From IMG/VR virus record IMGVR_UViG_3300045988_007604, positions 1 through 40,869 of that record: a DNA stretch of 40,869 bases. The stretch is one strand, 5' to 3'. The stretch is from a virus. The notes under the pieces were generated by a model. The model saw nothing but the letters and a program-made list of their open reading frames with translations. It did not search any database and was not told the DNA's origin. The translations under genes were made by a program, and so were the position numbers. Shown here piece by piece: positions 8,990 through 17,017 of this stretch (within the stretch, counting starts at the first letter, position 1; each line of letters begins with the position of its first letter).

Positions 8990-9094
8990 TTACCGGCTCT
9001 TTACAACGGCCAGAATGTCCGCTTTGTTCATTGCGGCGCTGACCCCGGAAATACCGTTTTCTTTGGCGTACTCCAAAAGCTGCGCTTTCGTCAT
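8990..9094 (-). CDS. Small Rho_N/HeH (SAP-like) motif protein
   Basis: 34 aa, MTKAQLLEYAKENGISGVSAAMNKADILAVVKSR, matches the helix-extended-helix pattern (L..yA.e.gI.g.s.m.KaeLi.ai). Start uncertain; an in-frame GTG lies a few codons upstream. A common small gene after capsid genes. Confidence 0.5.
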   Translation of the reverse strand: MTKAQLLEYAKENGISGVSAAMNKADILAVVKSR

Positions 9095-9147
9095 TCCGTC
9101 AAAGTCCACGGTCTCCGGTGCGGTTTTGTCAGCTGTCAGAGCCGCCC

Positions 9148-10050
9148 TTAACCCCCCGCCGGGGTGACAGTGGCAACGGCGATGCCGTCCAGGTACTCCG
9201 CCCACAGCTTCATACCCATGATGGCATACATATCGCCGGTAGCCCGGGAGTAGTCGCCCTCGACGTGTACGCCGATCAGGTTCGTTTCGCCCTTGACGGT
9301 GTAGTTCAGACCCAGCTTGGCAAAGTCGCTGTCGCTCGGGTCAACGTAGTACAGATCGATGTTCTCAACCGGGGTTGCAATCACCTTACCGGCGGCGACG
9401 TACTTGTCAGGCAGTAGGAAAAGGGTGTTGTAGCCCAGGAAGTTCTGGACATAGGTAAGGCCGAACATGGTCTGGGTGGTAATCTCCTTATCGCCCAGGT
9501 AGTCGTAAAAATCCATGATGTTGGCAAAACCAACAACCTCGGTCACGTCCTTGTCCATGCCCATGAACTTCGCAAGCACCTTGCCCTTGGCCTGTGCGAG
9601 CGCCAGCTGCCAGGTCTTGGGGGTCAGTGCCAGAGAGCCGGTAGCCAGGAAAGTGTAGAAGTCACCCAAAACCTTGTTTTGCAGGGCAACCAGGAACGCG
9701 TCGTCCGTCTTTTCTACGGCGACCTCTGCGCCGTATTTGGCCACGCTCTCGATGGTAACGCTCTTTGCGTACTTGGCCACCTCGATATCACCATAGGTGA
9801 CGGGGGAAACCTTCATCTTGGTGAAGGGGATCTCGTCGCCTTCCGCTACGGTGGAACCGCCCTGCAAAGTGCCGTCTACCTCTGCCTTGTAGGATACCAG
9901 TTTCGTGCCGGGCGCCTTGCGGATAGGCCGCATAATGCCCAGAATGGTGCGCAGTGCGTCCCAGTTATCGTTGAACCGGGTTACAAAGTCCACCTCTCGT
10001 GCGGACGTGGTGAACTGTGTGGAAATCGTTACGTTTTCTTTTGCTGCCAT
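9148..10050 (-). CDS. Major capsid protein
   Basis: 300 aa from ATG 10050 (MAAKENVTIS), RBS AAAGGAG 8 nt upstream. Directly follows the scaffold gene. Size is typical of HK97-fold capsid proteins. Confidence 0.85.
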   Translation of the reverse strand: MAAKENVTISTQFTTSAREVDFVTRFNDNWDALRTILGIMRPIRKAPGTKLVSYKAEVDGTLQGGSTVAEGDEIPFTKMKVSPVTYGDIEVAKYAKSVTIESVAKYGAEVAVEKTDDAFLVALQNKVLGDFYTFLATGSLALTPKTWQLALAQAKGKVLAKFMGMDKDVTEVVGFANIMDFYDYLGDKEITTQTMFGLTYVQNFLGYNTLFLLPDKYVAAGKVIATPVENIDLYYVDPSDSDFAKLGLNYTVKGETNLIGVHVEGDYSRATGDMYAIMGMKLWAEYLDGIAVATVTPAGG

Positions 10051-10073
10051 TTGTACAGCTCCTTTCAAAAAAC

Positions 10074-10688
10074 TTATTTGTTTTCGCTTGCCATGCTTTC
10101 AGCAAGCGCGGCCTGTCTTTCTGCGGTGGACAAAATATACCGGCCTTTATCGTCCTTTTTGTAGATTTCAGCGCGGCTCTTTGCGCCACCAGAGGTGTCA
10201 GGCGGGGTCTGTGTTTGGGTGCCGGTGGTGGTAGTCTTGCCGATCAAGCCCTTGTAATCGCCGGAAAGCAGCCCATCAAGTGCGGCGGTATCTTTGATAC
10301 TTTCGCCGTCCAGTTTCAGGCCGTCAATTTCAGCTTTGGCTCCACGGATTACCAGCCCCATGCTCTCGGCGGGAATGCCCTTGCTCTGGAAGTACGCACG
10401 CGCGGCCTTTTCCTTGGCGGCGGCGCTCTCCTTAGCGGCAACTCCGTCTTTGAAATCCTGAAAGTCTTTCTTTTCCTTCTCGTACTTGGCCTTGTAGCCG
10501 CCGTCAGCGTCATCCTTTTTCAGATCATCCAATTCCTTTTGAATGCCAGGAAGTTTCTCAGCGTCGGCCTTGTACTTCCCGATATCGGCTTTCAGGCCGT
10601 CTACGGTATCGGTGTGTGCTTCAATGATGGTGTCTACCTGTTCGTCGGTAAGCCCCATTCCCTTCAAAAGTTTGCGAGTTAATGCCAT
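10074..10688 (-). CDS. Scaffolding protein
   Basis: 204 aa. Highly charged, Lys/Asp/Glu/Ala-rich helical protein (KADIGKYKADAEKLPGIQKELDDLKKDD...) immediately upstream of the capsid gene. Confidence 0.8.
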   Translation of the reverse strand: MALTRKLLKGMGLTDEQVDTIIEAHTDTVDGLKADIGKYKADAEKLPGIQKELDDLKKDDADGGYKAKYEKEKKDFQDFKDGVAAKESAAAKEKAARAYFQSKGIPAESMGLVIRGAKAEIDGLKLDGESIKDTAALDGLLSGDYKGLIGKTTTTGTQTQTPPDTSGGAKSRAEIYKKDDKGRYILSTAERQAALAESMASENK

Positions 10689-10768
10689 TGTGTCAGTCTT
10701 CCTTTCTTCGCCCCTATTCTTCGGGGACGACTGTGATATAAAAACCGCTATACTTCGCGGGTTTTACC

Positions 10769-10824
10769 AAAATAAACAAAAAAGGAGCCAAACAGCACGC
10801 AAAATCTACGTACTGTTCGGCTCC
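10769..10824 (-). terminator. Rho-independent terminator (minus strand) inside the late region
   Basis: On the minus strand GGAGCCGAACAG-17 nt loop-CTGTTTGGCTCC (12 bp; the single non-Watson-Crick position is a G-U wobble in the minus-strand RNA), followed by TTTTTTGTTTATTTT. A second weaker hairpin AAAACCCGC...GCGGTTTT lies at 10741..10765. Confidence 0.75.
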
Positions 10825-10846
10825 GATTGCCCATTCCTGCGCCCAA

Positions 10847-10981
10847 TTACGCAGGAGAAGAATATTTGATTGTTTTCTTTACTTCGAGGACTATGTAGCC
10901 GTCGCCCTTGCGCCGTATCTCCACATCGTTCCCACGCTTTATGATAGCCTCTATGGCCTTTATGATTTCGTCATTATTCAT
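10847..10981 (-). CDS. Small hypothetical protein (44 aa)
   Basis: ATG 10981 after GGAGCC. Translated by hand: MNNDEIIKAIEAIIKRGNDVEIRRKGDGYIVLEVKKTIKYSSPA, stop TAA 10847..10849. Below the ORF-track cutoff. Confidence 0.45.
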   Translation of the reverse strand: MNNDEIIKAIEAIIKRGNDVEIRRKGDGYIVLEVKKTIKYSSPA

Positions 10982-11027
10982 TTATTCGGCTCCAAGAATG
11001 TTGAATTTTTCTGGTATCCACGCCCAG

Positions 11028-11432
11028 TCAGTCTCCTTTGCTGAGTTCGTCTTTTAGAATGTTTTTGTACGTTCCCTGATGATCGGCGATTGACGGCTTA
11101 ATAAACGGGTGCGCCCGGTTGCCAGCTGTCCAATGCCAGATTCCTTGCTCGTCCTGATAGCACCACGGGGTGGGGCGGCCTCCGCCTCCCTCGGCGTATT
11201 TGCCCGTTCCCATTTCCTGGTAAATGGCGTATCCGGTCGGCGTTCCAACAATGGCTTTCTTCCCATCCTCCACGGTATGTGTAATGCTGTTGCGCAAGTT
11301 CCCAGTATCAACGGGGCATAAATCCTTGGCGTATTCTACAGCTTTTTCTCCGCAGCGTTCCAACCCGCGCTCACACGCTTCACCAAGGGCGCGGAGGATT
11401 TCGTCAGAATTATCCACAAAGGTAATGCTCAT
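11028..11432 (-). CDS. HK97 gp10-family phage protein (neck/tail-completion class), displaced upstream of scaffold
   Basis: 134 aa from ATG 11432 (RBS GGAGTGGGAA). Contains the family motif CPVDTGNLRNSI followed by YAIYQEMGTGKY. The ORF-track N-terminal extension was trimmed. Confidence 0.7.
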   Translation of the reverse strand: MSITFVDNSDEILRALGEACERGLERCGEKAVEYAKDLCPVDTGNLRNSITHTVEDGKKAIVGTPTGYAIYQEMGTGKYAEGGGGRPTPWCYQDEQGIWHWTAGNRAHPFIKPSIADHQGTYKNILKDELSKGD

Positions 11433-11559
11433 TTCCCACTCCTTTTCTGCTTCTTCCAGAGCTGGCCTTGTGCGGTTCATGGCGGCGCATACGCATAATC
11501 CACCACAAGCAGGGATTCCAGCCCGCTTCTTTTTTATCCGGTTGGAAGATTTGGGCATA

Positions 11560-11589
11560 GAAAAAGCACCATGCAATTTGCACAGTGCT
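11560..11589 (-). terminator. Rho-independent terminator (minus strand) after the MuF-toxin/immunity pair
   Basis: Minus strand AGCAC-TG-TGCAA-A-TTGCA-TG-GTGCT (two 5-bp helices with a 2x2 internal loop), followed by TTTTTC. Confidence 0.55.
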
Positions 11590-11653
11590 TTCAGCTAATC
11601 TAAATCTAGTTACTTCCATTTGTCAATTTTTCGCTTTGATGTTGCCTTGGATT

Positions 11654-11956
11654 TTAACGCTCATTACTGAGTACCTTCAAGCATCGTTTCCATTCACTTT
11701 TCTTTTCGGATTCTGGTTTCTGTTCAACGAGTGCGGAAATAAGCGCGCTCCACTGTTTTAAGTTCTCTCCATTCGCGCCCTTATTTTCCAAAAACGCCAA
11801 AGTCTGCTTCATGGGGAACAATTCTGCCCGTGTAATAAAAGATTTTGCAAAATGCCGAGAACAGCCAAGCTTTTCGCATTGCGCGTATACGGCTCCCATT
11901 TCTTTCTGTTCTTGCGCTGCGTGTTTTTCATGCAGCTTTTTTACATACTCAGTCAT
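11654..11956 (-). CDS. Hypothetical 100-aa protein, candidate immunity/antidote for the upstream ART toxin domain
   Basis: ATG 11956 overlaps the MuF-ART stop (11949) by 8 nt, suggesting translational coupling. Helical, no recognizable motif. Followed by a terminator. Confidence 0.4.
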   Translation of the reverse strand: MTEYVKKLHEKHAAQEQKEMGAVYAQCEKLGCSRHFAKSFITRAELFPMKQTLAFLENKGANGENLKQWSALISALVEQKPESEKKSEWKRCLKVLSNER

Positions 11957-13841
11957 CGTCCATCACCATCTTTATGTAATAACGGTATTCTCCCATGATT
12001 TCTTCCTCGCGGACTTCCTTAATCGTAAATGTTGAGCCGCGCTTTAGTAGAAATTCGTACTCAGCATCTTGAAATTGCCCCGCAAGCTGATTGATGTAAG
12101 CTCCGCGCCCCGTTCCGGCAGGAATTTCAATATCAAGGACTGTCGGTTTTGCTGTTGCAACGCCATTGTTTCGAACAACCGTTGTGCTGGAATACGCCGA
12201 TTCGCGGAATTTTTTTCCTATGAGTTCACTCAAACTATCCTGAATGTCGTTATCTTCCACAAGTTTATCAATAACGTCATTCATCACACCGCGCTGGACG
12301 CGAATATTGTCTTTTAACTCATATCGGCTTATTGCGCTATCAAGCCCTTTAATTTGCTGTTTAACAAATTCGGCATTGATATTTTCCCAATCGCCAGTTT
12401 TACGCAAATATGTGTTTATATCCCAATATCCGCCACCGGTGTAATCGCCAATAGCATAATTTTCGTCTTTTGTCAAAGACTTCTGCCATTGCGCATGTTT
12501 GCTGCGTTTCTTCGCAAGCAGCCCGCGTTCATCTCCATCGTAATAGAAGAAATCATTTGCCTCATCACCAGTATAAAACTGTTTATACGATATCGGCTTG
12601 CTGGTTTCTTTTATTATATCAGATTTTGCCGCGCTTGCAACTTGCTTCGCAGTTTTGAGTGCCTCCCACCCATCAGCATTATTATACTTTAAGTCTTGGA
12701 ATTTTGCAAATGTTTTCGGTGCTTTTTTACCCAGAATCTCACGGTACTCTGCATATTCCCGTTGGTCGGCCTGGTAGTTCTTCCCAGCCTTTACCATGCC
12801 CGCCCATTTCTCTGGGGGATACTGAGCTTTCTTTTCGTCGTACCATTCTTTGTACGATTTTTTCTTTACAAGCTCATATTCTCCGGTTTCGGGATTCTTC
12901 ACGCGCATCATGTGGCGTTCCGCTTCCAGATCATCATCCGTGGCATTCACCACCGTGCAGCGGCAATTATACAGCTCATGCCCCGGCGCTCCCAACGAGC
13001 CATCACCGGGGAACATCATCTTATAGCCGCCTACATCAAACGGCTGATCGTAGTCCACAATCTGATTATCTGCCATGCCGTGATCGTGGCGGGTGCGCAA
13101 ATCCTTTGTGGCTACCCACTTTTTCTTGGATTTAATGCCCCACATTTCATCAGCGGCGGCGTAGCTGTCCATTCTCCCGGCGTTCTGTGCGGCGGTAACT
13201 GCCGTTCTTGCCGCTCGAATAGCGCTTACACGGCTCATTGTGACGATTCTGGACTGCAAATCATCGGATATCTGCTTGATGCTTCTGCCTTGCAATATGG
13301 AGCCTGTAACGCTTGCTGTAATCTGCTGCTTGCCAAAAGCCAAATCAATGCCCCGCTTTAGCGCAAGCCTTTCGGGGTAGTATGGCATTACGTCCGGCTG
13401 CTCCACAATTAAGCGCTTTACGGTCTGCTCGTCAAAAAGCGTAAAATCCGCACTCGGGTGAACGCTCTCGATGGTATAGGCGGTGTAATTCCGATTCAGG
13501 GAGTAGATTCCAGGCGTAGCGTCGTTCACATACGCAAGCGCCACCTCTTTTGCTTCCGTCGCACGTTCGGCCAGCTTGTCCCGAAGCGCTTCTAACCGTG
13601 CCCCGCGCCCCATCTGGTTCAGTCGCCATTGTTGGTAGTCCTTTTCAGTCCACTCCTTACCGTTGCGCTTCTGGCCTATCAAGTCCTGCATCTTCTTATC
13701 CTGATCGGCAAAATGCTTGAAAAAAGCATCTATTTCCTCTTGCAGTCCTTTAGCCGCCTGAGAATATATGGAGTTAATGCGGCGTTCCAGATCGGCAAGC
13801 GCCCTGTCGGTTCCCCTATCGGCTTCATTCGGCCTGGGCAT
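11949..13841 (-). CDS. Minor head protein (MuF / SPP1 gp7 domain) fused to a C-terminal ADP-ribosyltransferase toxin domain (MuF polymorphic-toxin type)
   Basis: 630 aa from ATG 13841. The N-terminal two thirds have MuF features ending in ELYNCRCTVV and follow the portal. The C-terminal ~210 aa carry the R-S-E ART signature: AIGDYTGGGYWDINTYLR, IRVQRG, AYSSTTV and QDAEYEFLL (ExE). Confidence 0.8.
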   Translation of the reverse strand: MPRPNEADRGTDRALADLERRINSIYSQAAKGLQEEIDAFFKHFADQDKKMQDLIGQKRNGKEWTEKDYQQWRLNQMGRGARLEALRDKLAERATEAKEVALAYVNDATPGIYSLNRNYTAYTIESVHPSADFTLFDEQTVKRLIVEQPDVMPYYPERLALKRGIDLAFGKQQITASVTGSILQGRSIKQISDDLQSRIVTMSRVSAIRAARTAVTAAQNAGRMDSYAAADEMWGIKSKKKWVATKDLRTRHDHGMADNQIVDYDQPFDVGGYKMMFPGDGSLGAPGHELYNCRCTVVNATDDDLEAERHMMRVKNPETGEYELVKKKSYKEWYDEKKAQYPPEKWAGMVKAGKNYQADQREYAEYREILGKKAPKTFAKFQDLKYNNADGWEALKTAKQVASAAKSDIIKETSKPISYKQFYTGDEANDFFYYDGDERGLLAKKRSKHAQWQKSLTKDENYAIGDYTGGGYWDINTYLRKTGDWENINAEFVKQQIKGLDSAISRYELKDNIRVQRGVMNDVIDKLVEDNDIQDSLSELIGKKFRESAYSSTTVVRNNGVATAKPTVLDIEIPAGTGRGAYINQLAGQFQDAEYEFLLKRGSTFTIKEVREEEIMGEYRYYIKMVMDDD

Positions 13842-15192
13842 TGCCACCACCACCGTAAACCATATTTATGTCCGCGTCCGCTTTCCGTTTCAGAATTTCC
13901 GGCACTTCCTCCGGCAAAAGAAATGGAAGGTGTTTCAAAATCGTTTCGTCATCAAGGAACGCAGCCGCCGAAAGCACCATGTTTGTTTCCTCTGTACGAT
14001 TTATCACCTTGTTCCACGTAAATTCCGGCTGTGGATTACTGATACCAGCAACAGCGCAAATCTGCCGAATGAAATCTATCAGAAAATACTCAAAATCGGC
14101 GCATTTGTTGTCCTGTGGCTGATACGCCGCCGAAATCTCTGTAGCCGTCTTCTCAGCGCCCGCCAGAGCCGTCACATCAAGCATCTGGGCATCCTCGTAC
14201 AGGTCGCGGCGTAAAATATCCAGCATGGTTTTCCGGGCTTCTACAGGAACGTCAAGGGTGTGGGCTTCTGCTGCCGTTCCATCGGAACTATCTACCACAT
14301 TCGCTTTTACGCTCTTCATTCTCTGAATGAACTGCGCCAAATCCTTATCGTCCATAGCGCCGGTATTATGCAGAATCCAGTAAATTCCGCTGGTATCGTC
14401 AATTTGGTTGGCAAACCCGGATTTGATAAAATCATAGCAGTCTATGGAGCCGCGCAACCCAACGAGTTCGCTTTCGTGGGTATCGTTGCCATACAATACC
14501 GCAATAGGCAGGCGGGTATAGTTCTCGTCGCACACATCCACAATGCCCAGATCGTTCCTCAGCTCCTTGTGGATATATGCGCGTTTCTCTGCCATTGGCT
14601 GCGCGTCGTCGCTTCCCTCCGCGCTCCATTCGCTCACGCCGTCCAACTCGTAAAGCGTAGCCCGGAAAACGGTTTTTCGGCCAGTCTCCCGGAACCAGTA
14701 CCGAATACCGGCCATCAGCTCCGACGTTTTTTCGTCCAGCAGCGGAACAAATCCCGGATTTCCGGGAGTATCGGCGAACGAAAACACTTCCAGATGATCG
14801 AGATTCCAATAGCCATAGGAAACGCCCTGCGCCAGCGCCAATTTTGCCGCCGCTTGAAGCTTAATATCAAAATCTGCACCAAGCTTTTCTTTTTCGTCCA
14901 TGCTTACGCCATTAGCGCAAATATAGCCCACCTCCTGCGTCACAAGCCGCCGAAATGTGAGCGTTTTTAGCCGGTAGTCGCTGCTCCAAATATCAGGAGT
15001 TTTATTCCCGGATAAGGTGAAAAGGAATTTCTGGAATTTCTCAATAGTGATGTTGTGCTTATTATAGTACGCCATACCATCAGCGGCATCTTTATACGCC
15101 TTGCTGCCCTGGTGTTCCCGCACGGCATCACGTATGAATTTCCCGGTAGTTCCCTTTGCAATGGCTTCTTCCAAATCTTGATAAATCTTCAT
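13825..15192 (-). CDS. Portal protein
   Basis: 455 aa from ATG 15192 (MKIYQDLEEAI, RBS GGAGAAAA). Lies between TerL and the MuF gene, with SPP1 gp6-like size and order. The ORF-track extension was trimmed. Confidence 0.85.
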   Translation of the reverse strand: MKIYQDLEEAIAKGTTGKFIRDAVREHQGSKAYKDAADGMAYYNKHNITIEKFQKFLFTLSGNKTPDIWSSDYRLKTLTFRRLVTQEVGYICANGVSMDEKEKLGADFDIKLQAAAKLALAQGVSYGYWNLDHLEVFSFADTPGNPGFVPLLDEKTSELMAGIRYWFRETGRKTVFRATLYELDGVSEWSAEGSDDAQPMAEKRAYIHKELRNDLGIVDVCDENYTRLPIAVLYGNDTHESELVGLRGSIDCYDFIKSGFANQIDDTSGIYWILHNTGAMDDKDLAQFIQRMKSVKANVVDSSDGTAAEAHTLDVPVEARKTMLDILRRDLYEDAQMLDVTALAGAEKTATEISAAYQPQDNKCADFEYFLIDFIRQICAVAGISNPQPEFTWNKVINRTEETNMVLSAAAFLDDETILKHLPFLLPEEVPEILKRKADADINMVYGGGGNAQAE

Positions 15193-15224
15193 GAATTTTC
15201 TCCAATAGCAGAAATCTCGCAAAA

Positions 15225-16427
15225 TCACAACAGCGACGCAGCGGCGGGTGAAATCGTGTTTTTCTTCTCCACTTTGTATTTCATAATGGTGTTGCAAAAG
15301 TACCTGATATCATCCATAGCGTGATCGTTATCCTTCACTACCGCGTCCTCCGTTTTCTTATCGTCCCACCGGTAAAGCCCGAACTCGCGAATGGCATCCG
15401 TGCAGCACCGGTGAATTTTTATATTCCCGTTCTTGAGATATACCGCCGTTCGCCGAATGCCGTCAAGAACGGCGTTGTCTGCCTGCTGGACGCGGAATTT
15501 TCGGCGTTTCAGGGCGGTAATGAAAGAAGCCGCCGAAGGATCAATAACCGCCCTCTTGATTTCGTAGCCGTCCGTCAGGCTCTCCACAGCGTCGCAATAT
15601 TCCTCGTCTGTGAGCTGCTTATAGTTGGCTCTTCCATCGTAGTAATACTCCTTGATCCTTTCCGCCTTATTACCATTCACAGCCCACAATCCGCATGAAA
15701 ATGGATTCAGGGTGCCGTAGTCGATGCTTATGTAATAATCCGCGAATTCCGGCACTTCATCCGTGATATTCGCTTCGGAAAAATCATATACAAGCCCCTC
15801 TGCCAGCGTCCATTTTCCCAGAATGTACCTATCATAGAACACCGTTCCGGCATATTCTTTTTTCAGATTTTCAACAAAAGTGGGGGGTAAAAATGGATTA
15901 TCGTCTATTGTGTATTCCTGGCTGAAAATATCGGCATCACTATCAAGGAATCTCTTTAGCCAGTGGTTGGGATACTGTGGATTGTACGTGCCATCGAAGC
16001 AGGAATACTCCTTATCAAGCCGGCTTTTCAGGAGGGCAAAAACTTCCTCCGACCAGTCCGCGACCTCGTCGCCGTAGCAATACTTGATAGACGCGCCGCG
16101 AATCTTCGATACCTGAGACACTTTTTCCGCGCCAAGGCAATAACACTTCTCGCCAAAAATCCACGCTGTATTATCGCTGGAAATCGCCCCAACAAGTTTA
16201 TCACCGTACAGATTCCGCATAGGCTCTAGCACATTTCGCTCTATTGTGGATTTTGTAACGCCCAAAATAACGGAAAGCCCATCTTTTCCGGCTCGTTCTC
16301 GAATCCGCATGGGAATAATCCACTTGAAATCAAGATATGTTTTCCCGCTTCGGGTCGCGCCACCCTTGAAATTCCATCGGTGATTCCCGTACCTTGCAAA
16401 TTCAATCTGTTTCGGGCTTAATAGCAT
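15225..16427 (-). CDS. terL: Terminase large subunit (PBSX/XtmB-like)
   Basis: 400 aa. Walker A-like GGATRSGKT near the N-terminus, acidic nuclease-type C-terminal half, RBS AAGGAG. Overlaps the TerS end. Confidence 0.9.
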   Translation of the reverse strand: MLLSPKQIEFARYGNHRWNFKGGATRSGKTYLDFKWIIPMRIRERAGKDGLSVILGVTKSTIERNVLEPMRNLYGDKLVGAISSDNTAWIFGEKCYCLGAEKVSQVSKIRGASIKYCYGDEVADWSEEVFALLKSRLDKEYSCFDGTYNPQYPNHWLKRFLDSDADIFSQEYTIDDNPFLPPTFVENLKKEYAGTVFYDRYILGKWTLAEGLVYDFSEANITDEVPEFADYYISIDYGTLNPFSCGLWAVNGNKAERIKEYYYDGRANYKQLTDEEYCDAVESLTDGYEIKRAVIDPSAASFITALKRRKFRVQQADNAVLDGIRRTAVYLKNGNIKIHRCCTDAIREFGLYRWDDKKTEDAVVKDNDHAMDDIRYFCNTIMKYKVEKKNTISPAAASLL

Positions 16428-16836
16428 CTCTAAACTCCTTAATTAGCCCATCCAACTTATTGAGGCTATCGTTACCGCTTGCCGTGTTTCTTGTGGCCTT
16501 ATCAACAATAATCCCGAAAGATGTTGCGATCTGGCTTAATGTTGCGGCCGAAATCTTTTCGGGGTCAGTGAGCGCTTTCAGATGCAAAGTGATTGCTTCT
16601 TGCATCGCCGCTTTTTGTGATTCCATGTACGCCATCATATCGGCGGTATTCTCTTCTTTTTTTTGCTGCACTTTTTGGGCGATATCCGGTGAAGCGCTGA
16701 CAATCCTTTTCACAGTCTGGTGAGTTACGCCATGCTTTTTTGCAACGGCGCTGTACGACTGCATTTCTATCCAGTCGGCGATTATTCTTTTTTTCTTCCG
16801 ATCTGTAATCCTTGCAGCCATAGCACCACCGCTCAT
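16402..16836 (-). CDS. terS: Terminase small subunit (HTH type)
   Basis: About 140 aa immediately upstream of and overlapping TerL. N-terminal HTH (QSYSAVAKKHGVTHQTVKRIV). Alternative start ATG 16821 (MAARITD). Confidence 0.7.
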   Translation of the reverse strand: MSGGAMAARITDRKKKRIIADWIEMQSYSAVAKKHGVTHQTVKRIVSASPDIAQKVQQKKEENTADMMAYMESQKAAMQEAITLHLKALTDPEKISAATLSQIATSFGIIVDKATRNTASGNDSLNKLDGLIKEFRDAIKPETD

Positions 16837-16846
16837 ACAAAATAAT

Positions 16847-16913
16847 TGGCGCGAGGCCGATTCGAACGGCCTTCTGTTGGGGAGAGGGTACCCGACTCGC
16901 TATCTGCCGCGCC
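16847..16913 (-). ncRNA. tRNA-like element (intact acceptor stem and T-arm; D/anticodon region non-canonical) - possible degenerate tRNA
   Basis: Minus strand: GGCGCGG...GGCCG-TTCGAAT-CGGCC-TCGCGCC-A. It has a 7-bp acceptor helix (one G-U) and a 5-bp T stem with a TTCGAAT loop. It is only 67 nt, and I could not fold canonical D and anticodon arms by eye. Confidence 0.4.
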
Positions 16914-16916
16914 ATG

Positions 16917-16950
16917 CAAAAAGAGGCTCAGGAACAATCCCAAGCCTCTT
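16917..16950 (-). terminator. Rho-independent terminator (minus strand) between late regulator gene and tRNA-like element/TerS
   Basis: Minus strand AAGAGGCT-14 nt loop-AGCCTCTT followed by TTTTG. Confidence 0.6.
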
Positions 16951-17017
16951 GCGCTTTTTCTTTTTTACCAGTATAGCACATTCAAACTGAAAAATCGTCT
17001 CATTTTTTTCTCATTTT

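Noticed and set aside
11949-13841. Diversity-generating retroelement or other hypervariation mechanism acting on fibre or toxin genes
   Set aside because: No reverse transcriptase gene and no template/variable repeat pair were found. The only near-identical repeats in the window are the 77-bp ends, the 18-bp tandem repeat and the attP-flanking 28-mers.
16961-17015. AT-rich hairpin CTGAAAAAT...ATTTTTCAG just after the late regulator gene as an additional terminator
   Set aside because: The stem is almost entirely A-T pairs with a long loop and no clear U-tract. The adjacent GC-containing hairpin at 16917..16950 is the more credible terminator.
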